Shown: positions 13,403 through 25,604 of the stretch, one piece after another
How the letters are laid out: the number at the start of each line of letters is the position of its first letter
Position numbering within the stretch: the stretch's first letter is position 1
Source: Moniliella sp. 'wahieum'
Taxonomy: Eukaryota
Length of the DNA stretch: 64,000 bases
Assembly (NCBI GenBank): GCA_003971905.1
Contig: RSEE01000073.1
Coordinates: forward strand, 186,001 to 250,000
Direction: 5' to 3'
Notes under the pieces: generated by a model
What the model was told of the DNA's origin: nothing
What the model saw: only the letters and a program-made list of their open reading frames with translations
Databases searched by the model: none
Made by a program: the position numbers and the translations under genes

Positions 13403-14412
13403 ATGCCGTTCCAGGTCGGCAACTACACGGGCCTTTGCGAGGAGGTCCCTCCTGCCCTGTCGCTGCTCAACACCGAGGCCGGCATCGTGCTACGTGCTAT
13501 GCCCGCAGCGTCCAGCTCGGCAGCACCCTCGTCTTCCAGGTGGTAGTCTTCCTCCTGCCTCTTCTCCTCTTCTGCCGCCAGAATTGACTGGGCGTCGCAA
13601 CAGCACATGTGTGATGCACATCTTTGCCGTCTTTATGGTGCTCATTATGCTCTACCACATCCGCTCCAAGTACACTGCTGTCGGCCGCCGTGGAGATTAG
13701 TCTCTTTTTCTGCCTCTACATCATCGAGGAAATCCTGGGCATCTTTCTTGACTGGCGCGTCATCCCCACGTAGGGGCGCCTACCTGTGGATCGTCTCTGT
13801 TCACGTCGGCCTCGTTCTTGCCTTGAGCTGGGTCTCATGGCCAATGGGTTTGTCGGCTTTCAGTTCTGGGAGGACGGGACGCGGCAATCCCTTCTCTCCA
13901 TGTACGGCTCTACCCCTGGTACTTTGGGTCGTTGGCTTTGTCGTGGGGCGGCTACCTTCAAGGGATGGGAGGCGCTTAACCCACAACACCACGTCGGGCA
14001 TACGTGGTCCACATGATCATTCCTTTGGTCTTCACCTCAATCTGGCTTGTTACCCAGGTCTGGATCGTGCTTCGTACCCTCGACACTCTTTGGCCCCTGG
14101 GCGACCTCGCCTTTGCCACCATCTTCTATGTTGGAGGCTGGTGTTGATGGGGGGTGTCAACGGACGTGTGCACCGGAACAAAGCATTACGTCGATGGCCT
14201 CTTCTTTGGACGCTCGCTATCCTTTTTGCCATCATGATGGTGTACAAGTTCTGGGACGCATCCCAAGAGAAGACCTCGAGTTCAGCGTCGGTACCAAGGT
14301 TGCTGCCTGGGAAGTCAACGACATCTACTTGGGCTCCGAGACCGACTCGGTCATTTCCAAGCCCTTAGGGGGACACCCTCGACTGGCCAAGGCTGGGTAC
14401 CAACCGTTTTAG
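13403..14412 (+). CDS. CHS7: Chitin synthase export chaperone Chs7, copy 1 (many single-base deletions in this assembly)
   Basis: MPFQVGNYTGLC start, IMLYHIRSKYTAVGRR, ANGFVGFQFWEDGT, MMVYKFWD, EDLEFSVG. Intron at ~13543-13603. Colinear with the copy at 44129-45158. Confidence 0.88.
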
Positions 14413-15069
14413 TTTTAATTTGCTGCCTTGTTCCCCCCTCCCCTGCGCTACTGGCCTCCCCTCTTCAAGGAAATTGTGTCATCCATCCCGTCATGAGAGA
14501 ACCTATCCACAGTATGCGCTCCTCCCTATTTCTTGCTCCTGCCCCGCCCTTCCCCCCCTCCTCGCACCACCATATCACAACCTCGCCGTTTGTTCTTTGA
14601 CGTATTATCGTTTGGGGTATATTGTTCTACTGTCATATTGTTGCCATCATCGACATCTAGGATTGGTCGCGTTGGGCTTGACGCTTGAAGTAGCATAATC
14701 GAACACTGTGCCTCTTTCCTTCTCTGCCATTCTCGTCGCGCGGGGTATACCAATCTTGTATTCCCTTCTTTCATATACGGCTTAACCACCAAAAGCGCGC
14801 GCACATATCGCGTCTCTGGCCCTGCTTGTCTATACGCACGATCATCCTCAGGCGGTCTAACCCCCTATAGCGAGTCAGGCAGGCCTTAGGGCCTTAGGCC
14901 CCCCTTGCCGCGGTCACCGTCAGCCTTGCGACGGGGGGGAAACACAACTCGTATGCGACTACACCGCCTTGCAACATTGCAATACCGCCCGCGTCCATTT
15001 TTTTCTGTTTCGCAGTTTGGCTCTGGCCAAATTTTTCCTGCACCACCCTCTGCACCACGTAAAGCCACG

Positions 15070-16768
15070 ATGGGCGACAAAGAGAGCAAGAAGGACCTCA
15101 AGGCGGCTAAGAAGAGGCCAAGGCCGACAAGCCCCACAAGGAAAAGAAGGAAAAGAAAGACAAGAAGGAGAAGAAGCGCAAGGCTGACGTGGACGCTGAC
15201 GTTACCAAGAGCGAGGAAAAGAGCGTCAAGAAGGCCAAAAAGGACAAGAAGGCCAAGGAGCAATCTACCGCTCCGGCACCAGCAACGCCCTCTGGAAAAA
15301 AGGGACTACCTACGCCTGCCGATGTAGCTGCAGCTGCGGGTGATGCAAGTGTGTCCAAATCGTTCCTCGAAAAGAACCACATTACTGTCGAGGACAGTGC
15401 GGTGGAGGACAGCAAGGCTTCGGACGCCGTGGCATTTACCCGCTTTTCTGCGCTTGACTCCCTGGTCGACCCACGGATCAGCAAAGTTCTTTCCGACCAG
15501 AAATTCCCCGCCCCCACGCCCATTCAGGCTGCTTGCTGGCCCCTCCTCCTTCAGGGCAAGGACATGGTAGGCATTGCCGAGACTGGGTACGTCCTGCGCC
15601 CCTGGTAATAGGGATCTGAAGTACACATGACTGACATGAAGACAGTTCGGGCAAGACGTTCGCCTTTGGCCTTCCTGCGGTGCAAGCTCTCCTTCGTGAT
15701 GGCAAAGTGGACACGCGTGGGGGGCCCTTGGTGCTTGTTGTGGCGCCTACACGTGAGCTGGCCCAACAGACGGCCGAGCAGCTGGAAAAGCTCGGCCATG
15801 GGACGGGGTTGGGGGTATTGTGCCTCTATGGCGGCGTGGGGAAGGAGGAGCAGACACGTGCCCTTCAAGGTAGGAAGGCTGCTGCACCTGCGATTGTGGT
15901 GGGGACGCCAGGGCGCTTGTTGGACTTGGCGCGAGACGGATCGCTGGTGCTTTCGAACGTCAAGGTGGCTGTGCTGGACGAAGCGGACCGGATGCTGGAT
16001 AAGGGCTTTGAGCCTGACATCCGTGCCATCTTGGGCATGACCCCCTCAGAACAGCGGCAGACAGCTATGTTCAGTGCAACCTGGCCGCCAGCGGTGCGCA
16101 TGCTTGCCGACACCTTTCTCCGGGACCCGATGCGTGTCACAGTTGGATCAGCCGAACTTGGCGCCAACAGGAGGATTACCCAGACGGTTCACGTGCTCGA
16201 GGGCGGGTGGGTCAAGGACCGGAAATTGGACGAGGTCTTGCGGCAGTATTACGCAGGCAAGGGCCACAAGAAGACCGATCGTATCTTGGTATTTGCCCTG
16301 TACAAGAAGGAGGCTGCCCGGGTTGAGCAGCGTCTTGCCCGCAGTGGGCATCAAGTCCGCGGCATCCATGGCGACCTGGGTCAGCGCGACCGAATGGCCA
16401 ACCTGGCTGCATTCAAGGACGGATCGGCACCCATCCTGGTTGCCACCGATGTGGCTGCACGTGGCCTCGATATTCCTGATGTGGAACTCGTCGTCAATTA
16501 CACCTTCCCCCTCACGGCGGAAGACTATGTGCACCGCATTGGACGAACCGGCCGTGGCGGACGCGACGGCGCTGCGATTACTTTTTTCACGGACGATGAT
16601 AAGGCGCATGCGGGCGAACTGGTGCGCATCCTAAAGGACGCCAATCAAGCCGTGCCCGACGAACTGATGAAGTTCCCCACCACCATCAAAAAGAAGACCC
16701 ATGCGGCGTATGGTGACCACTTCAAGGAGTTCGTCCCAGGCAAGGCCAAGAAGATAACCTTTGACTAG
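15070..16768 (+). CDS. DBP3: DEAD-box RNA helicase Dbp3 (pre-rRNA processing)
   Basis: Lys-rich N-term, Q motif FPAPTPIQ, GIAETG/SGKT across an intron (~15587-15644), PTRELA, LDEADRMLDKGFE, FSAT, RILVFALYKKEA, HRIGRTGR, and a typical C-term KKKTHAAYGDHFK...KKITFD. Confidence 0.95.
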
Positions 16769-18278
16769 GTCACTCGGGTCGCAGGTCCTTCGGCTCCTCA
16801 CGGAGTCATCGTGCTGCTTGTTATGTACTAAAACATGAAGATAGAATATCGATTGTGTGCAAGGGGCGGAGTTGTAAGGATGTGTAGCAAAGTCCTGCGC
16901 TTGACGTACGTCACGTCCGCCCACTCTGCTCGGCGAGGGAAGGCTAATGAAGAAGTAGGTCGCTCTTAAGCGTGTAGGTATGGAGCTGACATGAATGCAA
17001 CTCTTCAGCCAGTGCAGTCGCTGTACTCGTGGGTATATCGAACCCCCCTCGGTCGCAAGCTACAGAGGCTTGACTGCTGGCAGGATCTGGCCAAGGTCTG
17101 ACCCAGCAACGCAGTCCCTGCCATACCACATGGACACGCGGGGAGGAAAGGAGGAATCACCATGCATGCAAAACATGAGCAGCACCACCGCCGTGTCCAT
17201 CAACAGGAGATTAGTGAGAGCGACTTTCCTCTCATCTGCTACAGTACATTCGATCGTAAAGGTGACCCCCTTTTGACGGAATGGAAGGCAAGACTACTCC
17301 CATTACTTTCTTGTCTCGCCTTAGCCCTTCTGCTCCTCTTTCTCCGCTCCTTCAGGCTGAAACTCATTGGTGTGCACTTTTATGTACTACTACAGGAGAT
17401 CTCGGGGTTGAGCTCCAGTTATACTACTCCTTCTGGTCACCAATCAAGATAACTGAGGGTTAATCCTTGTAACCGTTCTTCGGTCCACCCGTTCAATTCC
17501 AAGAGACGGACAAGCGAAGACACTGCGGACAAGGCTGCGTCAAAACTCCGCTCCCCAGTAGAAGTGGGATATTGCACAGGCGAGGGCCCTCCTGGCGTGA
17601 GGCAGGTAAGAGTCTGCGCCCCATATCCGCTTCCTCCTTCTACAGCTGTCCATCCCACTTCCGCAACAAGCCAACATCGCGTCTCACCGCGAGCGTACGT
17701 CCTGCGCCACCGCAGATATACTGAACACCATTATCGGACAGCAAAGTGCCTACACGCTGTGATTCAATTGGGGCTCCAGCATGGCGAGGACCCTTTCGAA
17801 CAAGGTGCCAAGCACTTCAGTGCCTGTCAGACATCATAGATCCCCCATCTCACTCCATCGGTCAGTGATGGGTCTAAAAAGCCGCCCCCGCAAAACAGAG
17901 CTAGGCAGCTCTGACGCTGTGATGTGGGTATTCGTAGGGTGCGGGAGACCCCCCGCGGGGAATGATACAGCAACTTCCATGCGATGATAGTAGTATGAAT
18001 GCCTACCAACCTTTGACGAGTATTCTCCAGATCCTGTCCCCCTGAAACACGTAATTGACCAATTGGTTGCTATCTCAAACTCGATCTCCACATCCAGTTT
18101 CAGCCCCATCGCTTCGTGGACTACTCATCCTGGATGAAAACATCTGATAACTGTAGCGAGTTCGTACTCGTCGACAAAACGGGGTTGTCGTCTGTCCATA
18201 CGTCATCTCACTGATGGTTCCAACTGAATCCATGGATGGTTGAAGTTTGGGACACAGACCCGGCGTTCAACGTTCACG

Positions 18279-19537
18279 TCAAAGCTCCCAGCGACCAAAC
18301 ACGCGGCTGTTGTAATGACGAGGTTAGTATCCCCTTTTCCACACAGAAAGCCAACGTACTCAAACACAGCCATGATCGTCCACTTGCGGTTCTCTGCTTC
18401 GGGGAAGACAAGCGAGCGCGGGCCATAGAAGACTGCGTCGTCCACTTCCTGTGGCTTGCGCGGGAGACAGTGCATGAACTTCCAGTTGGGGTTCGCGCCG
18501 CCACGGGCAGCCAGGTCCTCGGTGATCTGGAAACCTTCAAAGTCGCGCAGACGCTGCTCCTTGGACGCCTCGTCGCCCATGCTAATCCATGTGTCGGTAA
18601 CCAGCACATCTGCACCTGCCACAGCCTCTTCGGGGTTGTGGGTCCAGGTCACCGTACCGGGGCGGTACCCCCTTTGGCAAACGTTTCGTCCTCCGGAAGT
18701 TGGGCCATCAATTTGTCCAGGGTAGCGAACACCACGGGATCCTTCGCGTACATCCCCCCTTAGGAGCAGGCGCAGCAACCGAAACATCGATCCCAAGACG
18801 AGGGAACGCAACCAAGATATCGTTGAGAATGTTGTTGCTATCTCCGATCCAGGCCACCTTGAGCCCGGCAAGGGCACGAAGCGACGTGCCGGCCGGGCTG
18901 GTCAGCTGCGCATTCGACTCGAGGTTAGGGAAGTGCTCCGTCATAGTGAGGAGGTCGGCCAAGATTTGCGTAGGGTGGTAGCGCGCAGAAAGGGCATTTA
19001 CCACCGGCACAGCCGAGTTTTTGGCCAGCAGCTCAATATCTTCGTGCGCACCCACACGGGCCATGATCCCGTCCACCATGGAGGAGACGACCTTGGAGGT
19101 ATCGTACAATGTCTCGTTGACACCAAGTTGAATGTCGGAGGGGGCAAGGAAGAGAGGGTGTCCGCCGAGCATGTTGACCGACGTTTCGGAGGCCAGACGC
19201 GTGCGAGTCGAACGCTTGGTGAAGAGGAGCAACCGTCTGACCCGCCAGCGATTGAGGAATCACATCGTTTCGTCAAACCCCTCGTTCTCCCTCATCGCCG
19301 CCGTGTCCGAGCGAGAGAGATGGCCTTCTTGATCGCTTTGAACTGGCCGGCTGTGTCGATGAGGCTCTGGATCTGGCCAACGTTGAGGTCGGCAAGAGTG
19401 AGCAGCGCGGGGGGCTTGCGCGGCTCGAAGGCAGAGCGGGACGACGAGAAAGCACGCGCGGAGGAAAGCGTGGTGCGCAGAGCAGGGGCGCCCTGACGCA
19501 AGGCAGACAGGGCAGCGCGTGTGGGCAGCGAAAGCAT
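18279..19537 (-). CDS. ARG3: Ornithine carbamoyltransferase, mitochondrial; frameshifts
   Basis: FTKRSTRTR (carbamoyl-phosphate binding), [42 protein letters not shown]. Presequence [14 protein letters not shown]. Last exon RVFGRWEL*. Confidence 0.95.
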
Positions 19538-19836
19538 TGTGGCGGCGGCAGCGAAGCTGTGGGCGTGGATGACGTTGGGAAAGGAAGAAAGGTGGGGGGC
19601 GGAGAATTTCAGTCCGCGCACAGACGGAGTTTTGAACGCGGCCCGGCCCAGAGAAAAAAATCCATCGACTGACTATGTTTTGACTGGACTGACCGTCAAT
19701 ATTAACCCACTCTGAACGACTTTCGGCAGTTTTGGCGAGCGGAGGGCTTAGCTCATGCGCTCACGAGCCTCGTTTAAGGTGAGTTGCTACCTGGCCAGGT
19801 CGTCGCCGACTACCACCCCCATCTCCGTCACTTCCT

Positions 19837-21143
19837 ATGCCCTCTCGCCCAGCACTGGTGCGATATGACGTGCCGCCCTCGTACGCGGATTTTGCGCGCG
19901 ACTGCCTTGCCCCTAACCGGCCCGCACTGCTCCCAGCGCCATAGGCCATTGGGGCGTGCACACCGAATGGGGCATGCGGGCCAGCCCACCCTCTCCCGAG
20001 GCTCCCGCCGCGAAGGATGGCTTGGATCCCGTCTTTTCTGTTCTTGCAGACAAATACGGGGACCACGAAGTGCCGGTGGCGGAACAACATCGTGACGCCA
20101 GCACCGAGGACCGGACGACGAAACCGTTGCGGGAAGCCATCGAATTGATGAAAGGCGAGGGGGATTGCGTGTACTACGCCAAGGATTGGCACCTGTTCCG
20201 GCAAGAGGATGAGCTCCGCCATCGGACCAACACGGCTGGGGAACTATACGAAGTGTTGCCCTATTTTCAAGATGATTGGATGAACCATCCCGATGTGACG
20301 CGGGGACGGGACGACTTTCGGTTCTGCTATGCCGGGCAAGCTGGGACGCAGACTGTGCTCCACGCAGACGTGTACCAATCGTACTCATGGTCGACCAACT
20401 TGGTGGGTACGAAGCGCTGGAGGATGTTCCCTCCCCATGTGGTGCGTTTCATGCGACAAATGGACAAGGAGACCAACGATCTACAACCCGAGGAAGAACG
20501 AGAGGCTCGAATTTCCCCCCTGGCCCGTACAGTGGAGGAGATGGATAAATGGGCTTCTGCCGGTCGTTTGGGGACCTTTTTCGCCCCCCAGCTGGAGGAA
20601 GGGCATGCAGGTTGGCCTCGCTGGGAACGAGCACGACAAGAGATGATCGAGTTCACCCAGGCTGCAGGGGAGACGGTCTTTGTCCCATCAGGCTGGGTGC
20701 ATGAAGTGCTCAATCTGACGAGTTGTGTATCCATCAATCACAATTGGTGCAATACTTACAATCTTCCGGCCCTCTATCGGGCTCTGGCGGAAGAGATGGA
20801 GGATTTGGAGCGCAGCATGGACGATGTGCGCCAGCTCTTGTTGGAGAGCAGCTCCACACCCAACGGTTGGCGCAAAGAATGGGTTCAAATCATCCAAACA
20901 GTGTCCAAAGCTGACTTGGGCTGGGGCTGGGACGGTTTTTGGACCATGGTCTACTACAATCTTCGAGACGCGGACAAGGGATCGAACAAGCCCGATCCCC
21001 AGACGATGGTCCTACCCACTGTCCGGAAGTTACTAATAGCGTTTGCTTTGCGGGACGAGGCATCATATCTACCACCCTCAATGCTGGAGATGGTAGAGCA
21101 CTGTCGTCATCTGGTGGGCCTGCCGCCAGTTACATCTATCTGA
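19837..21143 (+). CDS. JMJD4: JmjC-domain 2-oxoglutarate/Fe(II) oxygenase, JMJD4-like
   Basis: YYAKDWHL, YFQDDWMN, DDFRFCYAG, HxD in TVLHADVYQSYSWSTNLVGTKRW, and VFVPSGWVHEVLNL..CVSINHNWCN. The N-term (SYADFARDCLAPNRP) lies in another frame from ATG 19837. Confidence 0.88.
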
Positions 21144-21711
21144 AATACCCAATGCATCCCCCCGTCTCTAATTCGCGCGATTGTGTTGTTTTGCTGGCCG
21201 GGGAAGGGAAGAGATGAGAAAGGCAGAAAAGGATGTTAGCAAGGCTCACATTAATACTGATGCGAATGGACGAGTGAGGAGGCTCTCGAGCGGGAGCGGA
21301 GGGCAGCTCGGCTCCTGTGTGCTACGAACCACATCAGAACGGCAGGGCACAGAACGTTGTAGCTGTTCTTCTTCCTCAGATGTCAGGCAGCCCCAGTCAC
21401 GGTAACGAGCTTGTGCGCTGTTGGCCCACAGACGGCAGTCTGGGACCACGCCTCAAGCGGGGAGACAAATGGGTAGATGGATGGCCCCGAAGCGCAAGTC
21501 CAACCAAGCGGAGCAATTTAACATGTCACGTGATTGCAATGTTCAGGTGGATTGAACCGAACGGTGGGCGCGGGCAGGCGGAATGGCGGGGCGGAAGAAG
21601 GCGGCGGGCTAGGCCTGGCCTGGTGCGGCTCGTGGCGGCGGGAACCAGGAGCGGCTACCATCCCCAGTCAGGCGACGCAAGGGTTAACGCGAACCTCCCG
21701 CCCTGGCCCCA

Positions 21712-24700
21712 ATGTCGCGCGCAGGCAGCTTCGACTCGCTTGCCACCAGCACCAACGACGGCGACTACCCCGACGACGACGCGTACTCCGCCGCAGGCGC
21801 ACGCCAATACAGCCCTGTCATCGACGATGATGACGATGATGACGACGATGACGACGACGATGATGGCGACGACGTCGACGACGATCACGAGCGTGATCCC
21901 CGCGCCCGCCACGCCCGAGCCAGCGACAACGAGGATGACGAAGACGAAGATGGGGACGAGGACGATGAGGATGAGGATGATGATGAGGACGAGGACGAGG
22001 ACGAGGACGAAGACGAGCCCCCCCGGCCACGCCCCTCGGATGCTGCCCGCCTAGCCGCTGCCCGGGCTATCGCCGCATCACGCGCCAACTCGCGGTCATC
22101 GTCCGCACAGCAGCCGTCGCCACTGCCCCACTTGCACTTGCATTTGCAGCCTCAAACGCAGCAGCGCCCCACCAGCCGTCCGCTCGGATCCAAGTCCGCA
22201 TCTGCGCCCCGCAATCGCACAGGACGCACCTCGGGCGCAGCCGCGACAGGCGCTGCTTCTCCTGGGGTGGATCCCGAGCTGTGGAAGAAGTCCAAGTCGT
22301 CCAAAGCGTTACCGCTGAAAGATGCCTTGGAGCGTATCGTAATTCAAGCGGGGCGGAAAGACGTGTACAGTTTCTTTGCCGAGCCCGTGGACACCAAAGC
22401 CGTTCCCATGTACCGCCAGATCATCACTCACCCCATGGATTTTGGAACCATCCGCACCCGCATTCAGAACGGCCACTACACCACGGTCGTTGCCTTTGAG
22501 CAAGATCTTATGCTTGTGTTCAACAACGCCATGACCTTCAACCCCCCCAATTCGCCGTACCATCAATCCGCGGACCGTCTTGCTCGCTGGGCCGAACGGG
22601 CCATCCCACGGGAAACACAGTACGCCATCACGCCAGCTGAGCAAGAGCAACTTGATCGAGGGAAGGATAGCCTAGCTGTCGCTGCCCCGGGTGCAGCTGC
22701 CCTCGCGGCGGCCCAGGATGAGGAAGCAGTATCAGAGGAGGAAGGGGAGGAAGAGGAGGAGGATGGTGACCGCCCCTCCACCCGTGCTGCCACCCCTGCG
22801 GCCAACTCCGCGGCAGCCAAACCACGACGCTCCTACCGCCCGCGCCAGTCGGCCGCTAGTCGTCCATCGGTCCACCACACTCACCCCGTCCCCCTCCAGT
22901 TCCTACCCGATGGGAGTATCGACCCGTCGTGTGGTTCGGACGTGTCGCTCATCCCCATCCTGCAGCACGGCTGGGAAGCAGTCTTCTTGAAGCGCAAACC
23001 CATCCCCCTCAGCTGTACGGGCAGCAATCCTTGCGGCTGAGCAGGCATCGAGAGCGGAGCAACCTCGGCTGTTTTCAGTTCAAGCGGTTCCGGTTGAGAA
23101 CTTAGCGGACCTCCCTGCGGGTAATGGGTCGAGTGCACGTACGATGGCTCTGTATCCCCCTCGGGCAGGATACACCAACCCCGCCGGAGACAAGGTTGAG
23201 GTCAAAACCTACATCGAGACTGTTACTTCTGCCCAGCCCGTGCCACTTCGTGAAACCGAGTGGCCACCCTTGCGCCCAGACACGCGTGGTACCCAACCTG
23301 CCCCGGTCAAATCCAAACGGAAAGGAAATGTCCCAGTGCACCTGCCCACTCGGGTGGCTGGAGCCATCCCGGATTCAAGTAAGGCTACAGTGGCCAACTG
23401 GGGTCTGGAGGAGGGCAGTTCGTCTGCTCCGCCACTCCGGTGGCCAGCCGTCGACCCTGCATCTCTTGTGTTGGGCCGTAAGACCGGGATGGAGCTGGCC
23501 TGGCCTTTGAGCTGGTCCGCTGTCACTGCCAGGCCCTCGAGGCAGTTGGGCGCCCACGACGTGGGTCTTGCAGGGACTTGGGTCCCTGGATCCATGGTTT
23601 CTGCCCAAGGAGTGTTACCTTCCCCCCCCAACGCCCTCAGGGACCAAGGGTTGACGGAAACGATTCTTGAACAGCTGGGAGGGAAAGCGTCAGCGAAGGC
23701 CAGCCTTACTCTTCCAACTGCTCCTACCGATACTACAGAGAATCCCACCCTTGAACTGGCACAGACGAATCCTTGGGAAGCTCAAAGTCAACTGCAAAAG
23801 GCAAGGCGGTCCAGTCAGGAACGTTTGGCCGGCGCCTGGACCTCCGCATTGGCCCCAGCTGTCCCGGCCGATATGACACATGCAATGTGGACCAACATGT
23901 ACCGTTCCTACCGTCCTGCTGTGGCCAACATCATCCAGGCGGGCGATGGTGCGACGGAGGCGTTACGTGCTGGAATCTATGGCGGAGCAAAGGGGGAAGC
24001 CTACCTCCGTTCGGTTGCCCGGTTTGTTGCTGCTGCTGCCGAAGGAGTAAGGGAGCGTTATGGCCGCTCCCCCGAAGCTGAGTGGGATCCCGAAGGGCAA
24101 GACATGGTACTCCCTCATGAACCCGATGGAGGCGAAGAAGGTAAAGATCAACCCATTTTTGCCTCTCCCAGCAGGAAACGTTCACGCTCCATATCGGTTA
24201 TGAGCGAGCGAGGCAGCAAGCGAGCTCGTACTTCCGTTCCGCCTCAGATCAAGGTGGAAACGTCGGGGGCGGCAACGGATGTTGCGCCTCTGGCTGCGGA
24301 GCCAGAGGAGGCGCAGCCTGCCGTATCGACGTATGTTTCTTCCTTGGGGGTGCCGCTGGTGGCGTATGTACGGGACATGGTGGCCGAGCCCTTGACGCAA
24401 GGCTGTCTTTCCGTTTTGGACGAGGTCGCGGCTGGGTTCAGCTTGGTGGGCTCGGGGTTGCCTGATGAAAAGCCGGGAGAGAGGCGGCCTGACCTTCCGC
24501 CTCAAAAGGTCGCTCAACTGGCACTCGACCGGGCTGGAGTGACCCATGAGGCGGCCCAACGCGATCGGGACGAAGCGGAGTACTGGTCGGAGCTCAACAA
24601 GGAGCTGGAGGGAGTCGAATTGGGTGTGCCCGCATCCGAAGCCGAGGCGGTGGGGATGGCACGCACGCCCTCGATGCCCGGCTTGGCCCCTCTGGGCTTA

Positions 24701-25216
24701 GCTACTGCTACTGCGCTGGCCGCGTCCTACACAGATCCCGGGCTGCGGATGCGGAGGGACGAGCTGGTGCGCCTGTTTGGCACGAGGATGGATGTACGCG
24801 AGCTGCTGCGATCGGACGAGGAGTTGAAGGCCTCCTTTGTCGCGCCTGTTGGGCAGACGAAAATCGAGGTCCCACGGGTCAAGGGCCTGCTGCCCACAGC
24901 CCTCCCGCCTGTTGCAGCCGAACTGAGTCTGCCCCTGACGGGAGGCGGGCTGGATCGTGAGTCAGCTAAGGCCGCGCTTGACGCCACGGCCAAGATCATG
25001 GTGGAGCTGGGAGTGCGTAAAGCGCCCGTCGAAGCCGACCGCGCGCTGTGGCTGGACCAGATTCGACGGACCTTGATTCAGACCGCGGTCTGGGGCTGCC
25101 CAGCTGCCGATATGCGTGCGCCCATCGCTGCGGAGGTGGTGAAGCGGGTGGAAGTCAATCCGCCGGTGCGGAAGGAGGTAGAGGCCGTCTTGGCCCAGGC
25201 GGCGGCGAAAAAATAG
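21712..25216 (+). CDS. Bromodomain-containing protein (BRD7/9-like), acidic N-terminus; one frameshift near 23000
   Basis: Bromodomain KDVYSFFAEPVDTKAVPMYRQIITHPMDFGTIRTRI..Y..FEQDLMLVFNNAMTFN. The frame of ORF 23144 is open back to ~23010, so the two ORFs join at a C-run. Confidence 0.8.
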
Positions 25217-25604
25217 TTGTACGCAACACAATTGTACGATCTCACCTGGGCTGCGCCCGTTAGTTGGCAGAGCGAGTGGGGGGGTATAGGTATCCCAAGG
25301 TAGGCACGCTGTGTCCGGGCGGCAGATAATCGAGAGGGCCAAGCCGGGCGCCACGGCCAAAAACATAATGTGCTTCCGAAGAGCGACTCTTCTGGTCAAG
25401 ATTGTCATCCTTGTGCAGGGACCATGCTAATCTTCTCTGTATTGTTCCAAGTTTAACGATAGCAAGCCGAAGCTTGCACCGCGTCAACCGTGATAAAGGT
25501 AGGTCTGCCAGCGCAACTGATATCCAGTCGTCATGTGAATCGTAATTGACCCACCGTCCATTCACTTACACATAATTTCTCCAAATCCCTGTCTGCACCA
25601 GTGA

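Noticed and set aside
21820..22015. (GAC/GAT/GAG)n repeat
   Set aside because: An ordinary poly-Asp/Glu coding tract in the bromodomain protein, not a separate element or CRISPR array.
25300..25440. Possible HDV-like ribozyme in the retrotransposon 5' region (GAC-TCTTCTG-GTC hairpin, GCTAA-TCTTC)
   Set aside because: I could not build a consistent P1 and P1.1 pairing by eye. An RNArobo or Infernal search would be needed.
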